A stretch of 64,000 bases of DNA from Candidatus Multivoradales bacterium (GCA_965248925.1 CBDFLE010000006.1:3776001-3840000), one strand, 5' to 3'. Positions 30,765 through 40,590 are shown, counted from the first letter of the stretch. Notes: generated from the sequence alone by a model not told the origin. Made by a program: numbers and translations.

Positions 30765-30777
30765 CGCGCTGTTCTCC

Positions 30778-31821
30778 TCAGCTGCGGATCTGGCGTAGCA
30801 GGCGTTCGTCGTTGTCGAACAGTAAGCGGATGTTAGGGATGCCGAAGCGGATCATCGCCACCCGGTCGATGCCGAGGCCGAAGGCGAAGCCAGAATAGCG
30901 CTCGGGGTCGATACCGCAGCCAGCCAGCACCCGCGGGTCGACCATGCCGGTGCCCAGGATCTCCATCCAGCCGCTGCCCGAGCACACCGCGCAGCCCTTG
31001 CCGTGGCAGAATGGGCAGGTGATGTCGACCTCGGCCGACGGCTCGGTGAAGGGGAAGAAGCTGGGTCGTAGTCGAACCCCGGTGTCGGCGCTGAACAGGC
31101 GCTGAATGAAAGCTTCCAAGGTGCCCTTGAGGTCCCCCAGGGTGATGCCCTCACCGACCGCCAGTCCTTCGATCTGGTGGAACATCGGCGAGTGTCGAAG
31201 GTCGTTGTCCTTGCGATATACCCGCCCCGGGCAGATCACCCGAATCGGCGGCTCACTGCGCTCCAACATGGTGCGGATCTGCACCGGCGAGGTGTGAGTG
31301 CGCAGCAGTAGATCTCTGCTGCTGCTTTCACCGCCGAGGAAAAAGGTGTCCTGAGTGTCGCGGGCCGGGTGGCCGGCGGGAATATTCAGCGCCTCGAAGT
31401 TGTGGTAGTCGTCCTCGACTTCGGGACCCTCGGCAACGCTGTAGCCGAGTTCGGCGAAGATCTCTTCGATCAGCCGGGCGGTATGGGTCACCGGATGCAG
31501 CGCGCCGATTCGAGGTATCCGGCCGGGTAGGGAAACATCGATCGGCGGCGGGCCGCTGCGGGCCGAAGTTAGATTGTCGCGCAGCTCGCCGAGGCGCTCT
31601 TGAACTTGTTGTTTGAGCCGGTTGACAGCCTGGCCATAGTCGCGGCGATCGGCCGCCGCGATGTCTTTCATGCGGCCCAGCAGGGCGCGCAGCCGGCCTT
31701 GCTTCTTGCCGGCCCAGCGCAGACGCAGAGCTTCTAGATCCTCGGTGGTACATACCGCCGAGGCTTCGCTAGTGAATTGCTCGGCCAGCTGGTCGAGCTC
31801 GGTGGCGGCGTTATCGCTCAT
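30778..31821 (-). CDS. pheS: Phenylalanine--tRNA ligase alpha subunit
   Basis: HPARDTQDTF, LRTHTSPVQ, FFPFTEPS, GFAFGLG. Confidence 0.98.
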   Translation of the reverse strand: MSDNAATELDQLAEQFTSEASAVCTTEDLEALRLRWAGKKQGRLRALLGRMKDIAAADRRDYGQAVNRLKQQVQERLGELRDNLTSARSGPPPIDVSLPGRIPRIGALHPVTHTARLIEEIFAELGYSVAEGPEVEDDYHNFEALNIPAGHPARDTQDTFFLGGESSSRDLLLRTHTSPVQIRTMLERSEPPIRVICPGRVYRKDNDLRHSPMFHQIEGLAVGEGITLGDLKGTLEAFIQRLFSADTGVRLRPSFFPFTEPSAEVDITCPFCHGKGCAVCSGSGWMEILGTGMVDPRVLAGCGIDPERYSGFAFGLGIDRVAMIRFGIPNIRLLFDNDERLLRQIRS

Positions 31822-31845
31822 CGGCTCGGCCTCCGTTGGTGAGGC

Positions 31846-32340
31846 TTAGCCTTCCTCGGCCGCTTGCTTGGCGTCCTCGGGCTTGGCCTTTTTCCTTGGC
31901 TTGGCGGCGGCCTTCTTCTTCGGCTCGGCCTTTTTCTTTGGCTTGGCTTCTTCAGCCGGCGCCTCCGGGTCGGCGCTGATCTCGCCGGCCATGCCCTTCT
32001 TGGCCAGCTCGGCGAGATCGCCGAAAGCCTTCAGGTCGTGTACCGCTATATCGGCCAAGACCTTGCGGTCGAGGTCGCAGCCGGCCTTGCGCAGGCCGCC
32101 CATGAAGGTGTTGTAGGACATCTCGTGCAAGCGGGCCGCGGCATTGATGCGGACGATCCACAGGCGGCGGAATTGGCGTTTGCGCTGGCGCCGGTCGCGG
32201 TAGGCAAAGGACAGTGCCCTATCGACCGCTTCTTTGGCGACGCGATGGGCCTTGGAGCGGGCGCCGTAGTAGCCCTTGGCGCTCTTGAGGATCTTACGGC
32301 GTTTGTCGGCACGCTTAGTGCCTCTGCGAACTCTCGGCAT
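31846..32340 (-). CDS. rplT: 50S ribosomal protein L20 with C-terminal K/A/E-rich extension
   Basis: MPRVRRG...AKGYYG...[23 protein letters not shown]. Confidence 0.97.
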   Translation of the reverse strand: MPRVRRGTKRADKRRKILKSAKGYYGARSKAHRVAKEAVDRALSFAYRDRRQRKRQFRRLWIVRINAAARLHEMSYNTFMGGLRKAGCDLDRKVLADIAVHDLKAFGDLAELAKKGMAGEISADPEAPAEEAKPKKKAEPKKKAAAKPRKKAKPEDAKQAAEEG

Positions 32341-32489
32341 GACTGGAACCTCGTTTGTTTAAGGGCGCTCGCTCGCGGCGGCGTCCGTGGCGTGCCGGAT
32401 GAGCGGCGCGCCTGAGCCCCGGCGGACAGGTTCGTTCCGCCGGTAGCCGGGTTGTTCTGGCGGCCGCGGTCGACGCAGCCGGTCCCGCG

Positions 32490-32681
32490 CTATCGCAGGA
32501 GCTTCTTGATGGTGCCCACCATGGCGGGAGACACCTCGGTACTCTTGCGCAGATGGCGCTTCCGCTTCTGGCTTTTCTTGGTGAGCATGTGGCTGGCCAT
32601 CGACTTGTGTCGTAGCACCTTGCCAGTGGCCGTCACCTTGAAGCGTTTGGCTGCTCCGCGATGGGTTTTCTGTTTCGGCAC
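32490..32681 (-). CDS. rpmI: 50S ribosomal protein L35
   Basis: [21 protein letters not shown]. Confidence 0.97.
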   Translation of the reverse strand: MPKQKTHRGAAKRFKVTATGKVLRHKSMASHMLTKKSQKRKRHLRKSTEVSPAMVGTIKKLLR

Positions 32682-32792
32682 GGGTTTGCTCCTTTGTCTA
32701 CCGCGTGTCTATTAGCCGCGCCGCAGGCGCGAGTCGCTCTTTATATCCTAGATTTGGTCCGCAGTCAGCTTTTTGCCGCACCTTACAGCTGG

Positions 32793-34724
32793 CTACAGCT
32801 CATTGCTGTGCGAATCGCTCTGCTGAACGGCATGGGCGAGGAAATCTTCGACGCTCAGGCTACCCAGGTCGTCGCCCTGCCGGCGGCGCACGCTGACGCA
32901 GCTGGATTCCTGCTCCCGGCCTCCGACCACCAGCATGTAAGGCACCTTCTGCAGCTGCGCTTCACGGATCTTGTAGCCCAGCTTCTCGTTGCGTGAGTCC
33001 AGTTTGGTCCGCAGACCGGCGCCGTGCAGCTGGTCGCGGACTTGCTGGGCGTAGTCCAGGAACTTCTCCGACACCGGCAGCACGATGGCTTGCACCGGAG
33101 CTAGCCACAGGGGAAAGGCACCGGCGGTGTGCTCGATCAGGATGCCGATGAAGCGCTCCAGCGAGCCGAGCATGGCGCGGTGGATCATCACCGGGCGGTG
33201 TTCGGCGCCGTCGCTGCCGACATATTCCAACTCGAAGCGCTCGGGCATCTGGTAGTCGAGCTGCACGGTGCCGAGCTGCCAGCTGCGGCCGATGGAATCG
33301 CGGACTTGGAAGTCGATCTTTGGGCCATAGAAGGCGCCGTCGCCTTGGTTGGTGTCGTAGGCGATGCCTTGGCGGTCCAACGCCGCCCGCAGCGCGCCCT
33401 CGGCGCGGTCCCACATCTCATCGCTGCCAATGCGTTTCTCCGGTCGGGTGGAGATTTCGATGTCGATCTCAAAGCCGAAGGTGCCGTAGATCTGCTGGAT
33501 CATCTCCACCGTGCGCAGGACCTCTTCTTCAACCTGTTCTGCGGTGCAGAAGATGTGGCCGTCGTCCTGGCAGAAAGTGCGCACCCGGGTCAGCCCAGAG
33601 ACCACGCCGCTGCGTTCGTAGCGATGCAGCCGGCCGAAGTCGGCATAGCGGATCGGCAGGTCGCGGTAGGAGCGCAGCCGGGTGGAGTAGATCAAGCAGT
33701 GGGTCGGGCAATTCATCGGCTTGACCGCCAGCTGGCGGTCGTCGGCATCGATGAAGAACATCGCCTCGCGATAGTTCTCGTAGTGGCCCGAGGTATGCCA
33801 GAGGTCGACGTCGAGGATCTGCGGCGTCACCACTTCGTCGTAGCCGTATTGGTGGTAGAGCTGGCGCACATGCTCGATCAGCTGATTGTAGATCACCGTG
33901 CCGTTGGGGTGAAAAAACGGGCTGGCGGGCGCCTGCGGGTGAAAGCTGAACAAGTCCAGCTCCGGCCCCAGTCGCCGGTGGTCGCGCTTCCGCGCCTCCT
34001 CGATCTGTTGCAGATGGGCGGCGAGTTCCTTCTTCGAGCCGAAAGCGGTGCCATAGATTCGTTGCAGTCGCTCGTTGGCTTCGTCCCCTTTGAAGTACAC
34101 CCCGGAGGCTTCTAGGAGCTTGATGGCGCCGATCTGACCAACGTTCTGTACGTGCGGCCCACGGCATAGGTCGGTGAACCGGCCATGGCGAAAGAGGGTG
34201 ATGGTCTCGCCCTCGGGGATATCCTCCAAGCGCACCTGTTTCAGAGTCTCGCCGAGTTTGGCGAAGATCTTCGCTGCTTCCTCGCGGCTCACTTCGATGC
34301 GCTCGAAGGTTGCCTTCTCCTTCAGGATCTCCTTCATCTTGGCTTCGATCTGCTCTAGATCTTCAGGGGTGAAGGCGCGCGAAAAGCGGAAATCGTATTG
34401 GTACTTCTCCGAGTGGTCCTGGCGTCCGGCGTCGTACTCGACCTCTGGCCAGAGGCGTTTGACCGCGTCGGCCATCACGTGCTCGGCCGAGTGGCGGATA
34501 AATTGGCCGGCCTCGGCGTCGCGGGAGGTGAAGAGGCGGAAGCGACCGCTGTGGTGCATCGGTTGGCGCAGATCCACCAACTCACCGTCAAGTTCGGCGC
34601 CGAGGGCTGCTTTGGCCAGGCCGGGGCCGATTTCAGTGGCGATATCCAGCGGTGTGGCGCCGTGGGCGGTGGAGCGAACCGAGCCATCGGGGAGGGTCAG
34701 TTCAAGGGTGGTGGGTGTGCTCAT
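32793..34724 (-). CDS. thrS: Threonine--tRNA ligase
   Basis: TGS domain, DLCRGPH, RDHRRLG, KPMNCP, GAFYGPK, IHRA. Confidence 0.98.
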   Translation of the reverse strand: MSTPTTLELTLPDGSVRSTAHGATPLDIATEIGPGLAKAALGAELDGELVDLRQPMHHSGRFRLFTSRDAEAGQFIRHSAEHVMADAVKRLWPEVEYDAGRQDHSEKYQYDFRFSRAFTPEDLEQIEAKMKEILKEKATFERIEVSREEAAKIFAKLGETLKQVRLEDIPEGETITLFRHGRFTDLCRGPHVQNVGQIGAIKLLEASGVYFKGDEANERLQRIYGTAFGSKKELAAHLQQIEEARKRDHRRLGPELDLFSFHPQAPASPFFHPNGTVIYNQLIEHVRQLYHQYGYDEVVTPQILDVDLWHTSGHYENYREAMFFIDADDRQLAVKPMNCPTHCLIYSTRLRSYRDLPIRYADFGRLHRYERSGVVSGLTRVRTFCQDDGHIFCTAEQVEEEVLRTVEMIQQIYGTFGFEIDIEISTRPEKRIGSDEMWDRAEGALRAALDRQGIAYDTNQGDGAFYGPKIDFQVRDSIGRSWQLGTVQLDYQMPERFELEYVGSDGAEHRPVMIHRAMLGSLERFIGILIEHTAGAFPLWLAPVQAIVLPVSEKFLDYAQQVRDQLHGAGLRTKLDSRNEKLGYKIREAQLQKVPYMLVVGGREQESSCVSVRRRQGDDLGSLSVEDFLAHAVQQSDSHSNEL

Positions 34725-34823
34725 CGCCTTGCCTAGATGCCTTGGTCGGAGAATCCGCTGCCGGTAGGGCGCGGAAGGGCCAGTTGCTTCTTCGGGGAAC
34801 GGGGGGAAATCGCGAGCCGACCC

Positions 34824-34900
34824 TGGTAGGCGCTAGCGGACTCGAACCGCTGACCTCTACCGTGTGAAGGTAGCGCTCTAACCAGCTGAGCTAAGCGCCT
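34824..34900 (-). tRNA. tRNA-Val(CAC)
   Basis: AGGCGCTTAGCTCAGCTGGTTAGAGCG-CTACC TT CAC AC GGTAG-AGGTCAGCGGTTCGAGTCCGCTAGCGCCTACCA. Confidence 0.96.
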
Positions 34901-34958
34901 AGGATCTGGATTACTCGACGACTCCACCCGACCGACTGGCTATCGGCCATTCTCGCCT

Positions 34959-35035
34959 TGGTAGGCCCGAGCGGACTCGAACCGCTGACCTCTACGATGT
35001 CAACGTAGCGCTCTAACCAGCTGAGCTACGGGCCT
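34959..35035 (-). tRNA. tRNA-Val(GAC)
   Basis: AGGCCCGTAGCTCAGCTGGTTAGAGCG-CTACG TT GAC AT CGTAG-AGGTCAGCGGTTCGAGTCCGCTCGGGCCTACCA. Confidence 0.96.
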
Positions 35036-35083
35036 GAAACTGTCCTCGGATCGCCGCCGCGAGGCGGCTGCCAAGGATCGTGG

Positions 35084-35113
35084 AGGGTAGCAAAGGGGCG
35101 GGTGGGGTGTCAA
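35084..35113 (-). promoter_or_regulatory. Sigma70-type promoter of the tRNA-Val/thrS cluster
   Basis: TTGACA, 18 nt, then TACCCT preceded by TGn; about 50 nt upstream of tRNA-Val(GAC). Confidence 0.7.
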
Positions 35114-35320
35114 CCCAGCTGCTCCCCAGCGCAGTCGCTCCTCCAGAACGGCTGGCAGCGCCCGCCGGACACACCGCCAATGCCGCTCCGGCTAGGTAGA
35201 CTTATTCGTTTCTTGGCAGCCACGTAGAAGGCAGTTGAACATCCCGTCTGATCAAGCTGTACTCCTCAGTCAGCGAATCCTGGACAGAGATTATGAAGTG
35301 TGAAACACTACTATTGCTAG

Positions 35321-36817
35321 CAGCCCGTGGCAGAAGTCCGTTTCTACAAAATGTGGCCTAAATTGAGGCCAGCCGGCGCAGGTGGTCTGATCGAAGATCT
35401 TAGTGGCCAATATCCGCTCTCGTGCGGCAGAAGCCAGCTCAGCAAGCTATATACGGCGCGAAAGCCCTGTTCGAGAGCCGAAAGAAAGCCCTGAAGGGCC
35501 CGTGGAGTGCCGGCTCCATACATTTGACGAAGCAGCAGCCCAAGATTGAATCCCGCGATGTGAATCAGCAACCTTTTGCGGATGTTGTCGTGACCTCGAA
35601 GGTGGGTCCTTCTCATACCGCCAGTCTCGTAGCAATGGGCAAAGGTGCGTTCTACTTTCTCTCCTCGACGCCGCGACAGCTCGCGGCCTCGACGACCCTT
35701 GATCCGTCGACGGTTGGCATACACCGCTTGCTTCTCCGCCTCTTTGCCGCACCAGTTGCGTCGGCCTCGATCCGGTTCCGAAATATAGGTTCGAATCTTC
35801 CCTTGACGCTGTGCCTTCATGACCGCGTTACTGTGATAGCCCTTGTCAGCCACCAGCTCTGAACGGACTTTCTCGCTCAAGTGATCGCCAGCCCCCGAAT
35901 CCTCAACGACATCTTCCAGCACCGCAGCGACTTCATCCAACGTCCGCTCTAGGCTCGACGTGTCCCCTCGGTCTGCAGGTTGCACCGTCACCGCCACAAC
36001 CGCACCCGTCTCCATATCCACCGCATGCTCGGCTTTGTGCGCCAGATGCGTCCGCCCATCCTTCATTCGCGTGACTTTGGCGTCGGGATCGTGGGGGTTC
36101 TTCCAGTCGCCGTTCGACGTCTTTTTGTTCTTCCTTTGGCGGTCAAAACGCGCCAGATCCGCTCGCGTCGGGGTCTCCACACCCGAAGCCTCGGCCAGGC
36201 GCGTGAGAAACTCTTCGTTGCTCTCGCCCGAGTCTCGACGCACGATGCTGCGCATCGCCGCGTTCGCCTCGAGGGTCGTCGCATCGATGCCCAGCGTCTT
36301 TCCCCGGAGCAAGCCAGCCTTCGCCAGTACTTGCAAAGCCCAAGCAAACACCGCCTCATGGGTCTCGAGATCGATCAGGCGACGGGTCCGAGAGAGCGTC
36401 GAATGGTCCGGGGTCTGGTCCGAGAGTTCGAAGCCCAGAAAGTCGCGCAGAGTCATCGAATCCGCAAGCCGCCATGCGATACCTCGCTCAGAGTCGATAC
36501 CCTCGAAGAAGCCGATCAACAGCAACCGAAAATACACCGCGGGCGCCAGCGAAGGCCGTCCCATCCTCGTAGCGTAAAACCTCGCGCACTGCTCCTCGAT
36601 AAAGCGATCGAAACCGTGCTTGTCGAGAATCTTGGACAGACGCTCGTAGAAAGGATGTCCTGGGGACTTGGCCAGCGCCTGGGTTTCCACCCAGAGCTGC
36701 CGCTGTCTTCGTTTGCTTCGCCTGCCCATCGCCATGGTCGCTACCTCCCTCGGGTGGAAAGATTCTACCAGGGAAGATCGCCAAGACGGCCGTAATCGGG
36801 ACTTTCACCACGGGCTG
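35321..36817 (-). mobile_element. Complete insertion sequence, IS1182/IS5-like
   Basis: Terminal IRs CAGCCCGTGGCAGAAGTCC and GGACTTTCACCACGGGCTG; CTAG on both flanks (35317-35320, 36818-36821). Confidence 0.9.
35344..36735 (-). CDS. DDE transposase with DUF772-like N-terminus
   Basis: GRPSLAP, TPDHSTLSR, IDATTLEANA, DPDA, VADKGY, VERTFAH. Confidence 0.93.
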   Translation of the reverse strand: MAMGRRSKRRQRQLWVETQALAKSPGHPFYERLSKILDKHGFDRFIEEQCARFYATRMGRPSLAPAVYFRLLLIGFFEGIDSERGIAWRLADSMTLRDFLGFELSDQTPDHSTLSRTRRLIDLETHEAVFAWALQVLAKAGLLRGKTLGIDATTLEANAAMRSIVRRDSGESNEEFLTRLAEASGVETPTRADLARFDRQRKNKKTSNGDWKNPHDPDAKVTRMKDGRTHLAHKAEHAVDMETGAVVAVTVQPADRGDTSSLERTLDEVAAVLEDVVEDSGAGDHLSEKVRSELVADKGYHSNAVMKAQRQGKIRTYISEPDRGRRNWCGKEAEKQAVYANRRRIKGRRGRELSRRRGEKVERTFAHCYETGGMRRTHLRGHDNIRKRLLIHIAGFNLGLLLRQMYGAGTPRALQGFLSALEQGFRAVYSLLSWLLPHESGYWPLRSSIRPPAPAGLNLGHIL

Positions 36818-36858
36818 CTAGGGGGCTACATTGCAAGATCCTATTTGGATGAGCTATC

Positions 36859-38652
36859 ATGCTAAGCAAATCTTCCCTCAATCCTTCTACCTCCCACTTT
36901 GTTCTAGGCTTCATTCTATTTTGGCTAGTTGGAAGACTTCCTGCAAGTAGCGACGAGTTAATAAGCCCCTATTGGGAGACCGGTCCTGGTTTCTCAACTA
37001 AGGTAGAAGTCACCAACAACGCTGAGTCCCCCCGCTCTTTCACCCTCTCGGCCTCAATCCGTGGGGTTGACGATGTCGTCCTGGCGTCACAAACCATCGC
37101 TTCGCTCAGTACCGTCACCCTCGACCTTGAATCCCTGCTTCAGGGTGAGTTCAGAGGCCGATTGATGTGGGGCTCTGCAGTCCTCTATGGTGCCGACCTT
37201 ACCGGCGTGATCGCCTGGATTGTGTCTGGCGATACCGGTAGATCGGCGCAGAAGGTCAGCACCTTCATCTGGTCTCACCAGACCGCTAAGGGACTCATCA
37301 CACAGTGGCAGCGGCCAGATCCAGACACAAGTCTCAAGATTTTACTCTCCAACCCTGGGCCACAGCCTTCCCGTCCGACGGCGACGATTTGCAATCAGGA
37401 TGGGAGTTGCCAGGAGCAGACCCTGCTCGTGGGGCCCGGCAGTACCAAGCTTCTCCACTACTCGGCGTCACACCTGCGGAGTCTCGGCGACAGCGGCTAC
37501 GTGAGGATCTCGGCCAGCTCCCAGGGGCTCCTCGGTCGCGGTGTTACGTCCTCGCGTTCTAGCTTGAGATCAAGCTCTGTCGAGTTGCAGCCGCTGAATC
37601 TCTATGGCACCAGACTACAATCGACGCCGGTACCGTTCGGGGTGCCTGGCGAAGAGTACGGCTTTCCGGTTCGGGGCTATTATTCCAACAGCTTGTTGAT
37701 TTCGAACGTCTCAGAGAGCCGGCGTGAAGTTGCCATCGTCTCCTATCGGGACGATGGCTCTCGCCGCGAGCACAGTCTCCTCACACTGGGTGGTTTTGAA
37801 ACCAGGCTGATCAAAGATCTGCCCGCCAGGGGGCGGGGAGGTTTTAGGTCGATCGAAATCGTCGACTCCCATTCGACGGGTTCCATCATCGGCCAGGTTG
37901 TAACCTCGATGCGGGGCTCGACGGCGGAGTACAGTTGCCCATTGACCAGCGTAGAGCTGGCAGGCACACATAAGTTCGCGGTGACTTTCGATCTTAAGCC
38001 GGGGAGAACAACGGTCCTGTCCGCCAAGAATGTTGACGACGAAGAGACTACCTTTTCCATCGCTCTTCATTTTGCCACCGAGAGCGGCTCCGGCGTTTGG
38101 ATTTTCCACCCCTTCAAGGCCAACCCACAGGGGCTGATCACGGTAAACCTGAAAGATCTGCGCGACCAACGCACTCTGGGGTATGACGGCAGCCCTTTGC
38201 CGTTAGATCTAGTGCATGGCAGTGCGGTGATCGGCTCTTCGAACTCGCGGATGTTGGCGGCAGATCCGACTTTTGACTTTTCAAGGAATACTGTGGCGCT
38301 CTGCAATCAGCATTGCGGTGAAGGCGATACTGTGGGTGGAGATCACGAGATGATTATCACTCCTTGCGAGCTGCTTTTTGGGCCGCCGCCGCCAGATTCC
38401 GTAACAAACATTACTGACATAGGGGAGGTTTTCTACGAACTTGTCAACAATCAGGAGGTTGCGCCGAATGTTTTTAACTGCACTTATAAGCCGTGCGAGA
38501 CAGGCAAGTGTCGCAGGACTTTTCTTGAACTTGGTACTAGTTTCTGTCCTCCTGGGATTGTGAACTACTGGTTCGAACTGAAGCACTGGTATATTTTCAG
38601 ATACTGTGAGCGAATTATCCATAGGCACATCGGATTTAGGCCCTGCCTGTAG
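36859..38652 (+). CDS. Large secreted hypothetical protein with Cys-rich C-terminal domain
   Basis: 597-aa ORF; hydrophobic N-terminus; beta-rich body; multiple Cys in the last ~115 aa. Confidence 0.75.
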   Translation: MLSKSSLNPSTSHFVLGFILFWLVGRLPASSDELISPYWETGPGFSTKVEVTNNAESPRSFTLSASIRGVDDVVLASQTIASLSTVTLDLESLLQGEFRGRLMWGSAVLYGADLTGVIAWIVSGDTGRSAQKVSTFIWSHQTAKGLITQWQRPDPDTSLKILLSNPGPQPSRPTATICNQDGSCQEQTLLVGPGSTKLLHYSASHLRSLGDSGYVRISASSQGLLGRGVTSSRSSLRSSSVELQPLNLYGTRLQSTPVPFGVPGEEYGFPVRGYYSNSLLISNVSESRREVAIVSYRDDGSRREHSLLTLGGFETRLIKDLPARGRGGFRSIEIVDSHSTGSIIGQVVTSMRGSTAEYSCPLTSVELAGTHKFAVTFDLKPGRTTVLSAKNVDDEETTFSIALHFATESGSGVWIFHPFKANPQGLITVNLKDLRDQRTLGYDGSPLPLDLVHGSAVIGSSNSRMLAADPTFDFSRNTVALCNQHCGEGDTVGGDHEMIITPCELLFGPPPPDSVTNITDIGEVFYELVNNQEVAPNVFNCTYKPCETGKCRRTFLELGTSFCPPGIVNYWFELKHWYIFRYCERIIHRHIGFRPCL

Positions 38653-39524
38653 TGGATAGCGACACGGCCATCCACGTCCTGCGATCAGCAGAGCATCAGC
38701 ACCCGGTCGCTGTCCATCTGGCCTTCGAGGCCGCTCGGTCGCGCCGGCTCCTGGCTGCAAAGCCGGTGATCTTGCGTATGCTACAAGAGCGGATTCGAGA
38801 GGTGCCCGATCTGGTGATGGACTCAAGGGCTCGGGGTTGTGTCGCCTATCTTGGGGCCGTCGGGGACAGCAGCGATAGGAAGCTCCTGGCCGATCTCTCC
38901 GAGAAATATCCGCGGTTTCTGGCGACGATCGGTTTTTCGATGACGGAGGCGGGAACTGAAGAAGCCAGGAGTTTGCTCGTCAATGTCATGCATCGTCCGG
39001 GCGAGGAGCCAGAAAACAAGGCTCGGGCCTCATCTCTCTTGTTGAGTAGGTTTGGCGACCATCAGGGTCTGCGTATGTTCGCGCGGGGGCTGTGTAGTGG
39101 CGAGGTGCCTGAATTCAGGAGGAGTCTCAATGCCTTTAGCCAGGTGCCGAGAACCGCTCAGGGTGAGAAGTACGATGAGATGGTCTGGGCGGCAATCGCT
39201 CAGCAACAGCACCCCGATATGTTGGTGACGGTACTGAATTCCGTTCAGTTCACCCGTCAGCTGAATTCAGAGCGACTGGCGCTACTCGCCGGGCTCTTGC
39301 TGGATAAGCGTCGCGGCAGAGAGTTTTACGGCGGCCGACCATCGAACCGTGGGCGAGTGGCCCGCGTTCAACACTTCGCGGGTCACTATCTGTCCTTGCA
39401 GTTTCAACATCAAGGAAGCCCGGTTGGCGACCCCGACGCCTTTTTCTCGTGGTGGCCCCCCAGACGGCAGAAACACCTCGATCTGGTGACGGGTGAGGTT
39501 GCTGCCCTGCGATCGCAGTCCTGA
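38652..39524 (+). CDS. Hypothetical alpha-helical (HEAT-like) protein
   Basis: 290-aa ORF whose GTG overlaps the upstream TAG; the start is uncertain. Confidence 0.6.
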   Translation: MDSDTAIHVLRSAEHQHPVAVHLAFEAARSRRLLAAKPVILRMLQERIREVPDLVMDSRARGCVAYLGAVGDSSDRKLLADLSEKYPRFLATIGFSMTEAGTEEARSLLVNVMHRPGEEPENKARASSLLLSRFGDHQGLRMFARGLCSGEVPEFRRSLNAFSQVPRTAQGEKYDEMVWAAIAQQQHPDMLVTVLNSVQFTRQLNSERLALLAGLLLDKRRGREFYGGRPSNRGRVARVQHFAGHYLSLQFQHQGSPVGDPDAFFSWWPPRRQKHLDLVTGEVAALRSQS

Positions 39525-39695
39525 ACCTGGCGGTGAGTCTGTTGGCTGCCCTTCTTGGCACCGCCGCCGCGATTTAAGAAGTGGCCGGCCAGCGGCCACG
39601 GCGGGGGATTGCGCCGCGTGTTGACGGCCGTGGCCGGTGGGCGATGAAGTTAAGGGCGGATTCCCTCAACGCGCCCAATCGCAGCTCTGCCGGAG

Positions 39696-39766
39696 AAAAG
39701 CCCGGCCGGTGGTTGCGAGGGGGTGGCGAGCGTCCGAGTGCTCGCTCCGTTAACCACCGACCGGGC
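39696..39766 (-). terminator. Long hairpin with T-tract after the small-gene operon
   Basis: GCCCGGCCGGTGGTT pairs with AACCACCGACCGGGC (14/15); inner GCGAGC/GCTCGC stem; TTTT follows on the minus strand. Confidence 0.6.
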
Positions 39767-39794
39767 TGCCGAACCCACCTGGCAGGAGCCTCAG

Positions 39795-40136
39795 TCAGAA
39801 CCTCAAGGAGCTAGGGGTATCGCCTCCGCGCCTCGCGGCAAGCCAGATCCTGACGGTCCCATTGCCGTAGCTAGCGGCCACCAAATAACTTGAGATCAAT
39901 GCTGCGACAGTGCGATCTTCGAGGGCCAGAATCTCGGCGAATCTGAGTTGCCAACGACCGTTCCAAATCGCCCAGATAGCCAGGGTCAAGACCCTTTCCC
40001 TGGGCGGCGCTTGGTCGATCTCTGAGAGATGCTCGTAGGCAGTATTCTTGGGTCCATTCGCCCCCCACAGCTCGGCGCGGCCCATTCGATCGAGCAGCAG
40101 GCGGCAGACGGCCAGGCGCAGCTTTGGATCAACCAA
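39795..40136 (-). CDS. Small hypothetical protein
   Basis: TTG start overlapping the upstream stop; AVCRLLL...LWGANGP...ERVLTLAIWAIWNG. Confidence 0.6.
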   Translation of the reverse strand: MVDPKLRLAVCRLLLDRMGRAELWGANGPKNTAYEHLSEIDQAPPRERVLTLAIWAIWNGRWQLRFAEILALEDRTVAALISSYLVAASYGNGTVRIWLAARRGGDTPSSLRF

Positions 40137-40590
40137 ATCGAAACCCCCGAAGATTCGGTAGCGGACAGGGGCACATCGAGCGCACGGACCGTGCCGGGTG
40201 CTCAATGGGTCGAATTACAACGTCGAGCGCCTGCCAGTGCGCGTCAACCGTCTTGGAGAGCCCGGCTAGTGCCCTTAGCTCAAGCCATGACGGTTGCTCT
40301 GCGCCGCCAATCCACAGCACCACCGCGGCGGGGTCGTAGGGCTGCCCGGCGAGCAGCAGCTCGGTCACATCGAGCGCCGCCAAGCCAGCGGATGCTAGGC
40401 AATGAGCCACCGGAATGTGCTGGGCGTCGAGCAGCAACACGCCGCCGGGCTCGGATCTACTGAGCAGTAAGTTCAGAACCAACGCCGCCTCAGCGACCGA
40501 CGCTAGCCCCTGGCAGGTCCACATCTCCCCCAGCTCGACCTGGACGACCTTTGCCTTCGGGTGCTGCCCGATCAAGGCTTGAGTGCTCAC
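40129..40590 (-). CDS. Small hypothetical protein
   Basis: GTG start in a GTGA overlap with the upstream gene stop (MSTQALIG...). Confidence 0.55.
   Translation of the reverse strand: MSTQALIGQHPKAKVVQVELGEMWTCQGLASVAEAALVLNLLLSRSEPGGVLLLDAQHIPVAHCLASAGLAALDVTELLLAGQPYDPAAVVLWIGGAEQPSWLELRALAGLSKTVDAHWQALDVVIRPIEHPARSVRSMCPCPLPNLRGFRFG

Noticed and set aside
33129-34115. Long antisense ORFs over thrS, lon, rny, ribBA and others
   Set aside because: Expected shadow ORFs of GC-rich coding sequence.
35293-36865. 23-codon ORF (MKCETLLLLGGYIARSYLDELSC) restored by removing the IS
   Set aside because: Too short and lacks an RBS or motif; may be chance.
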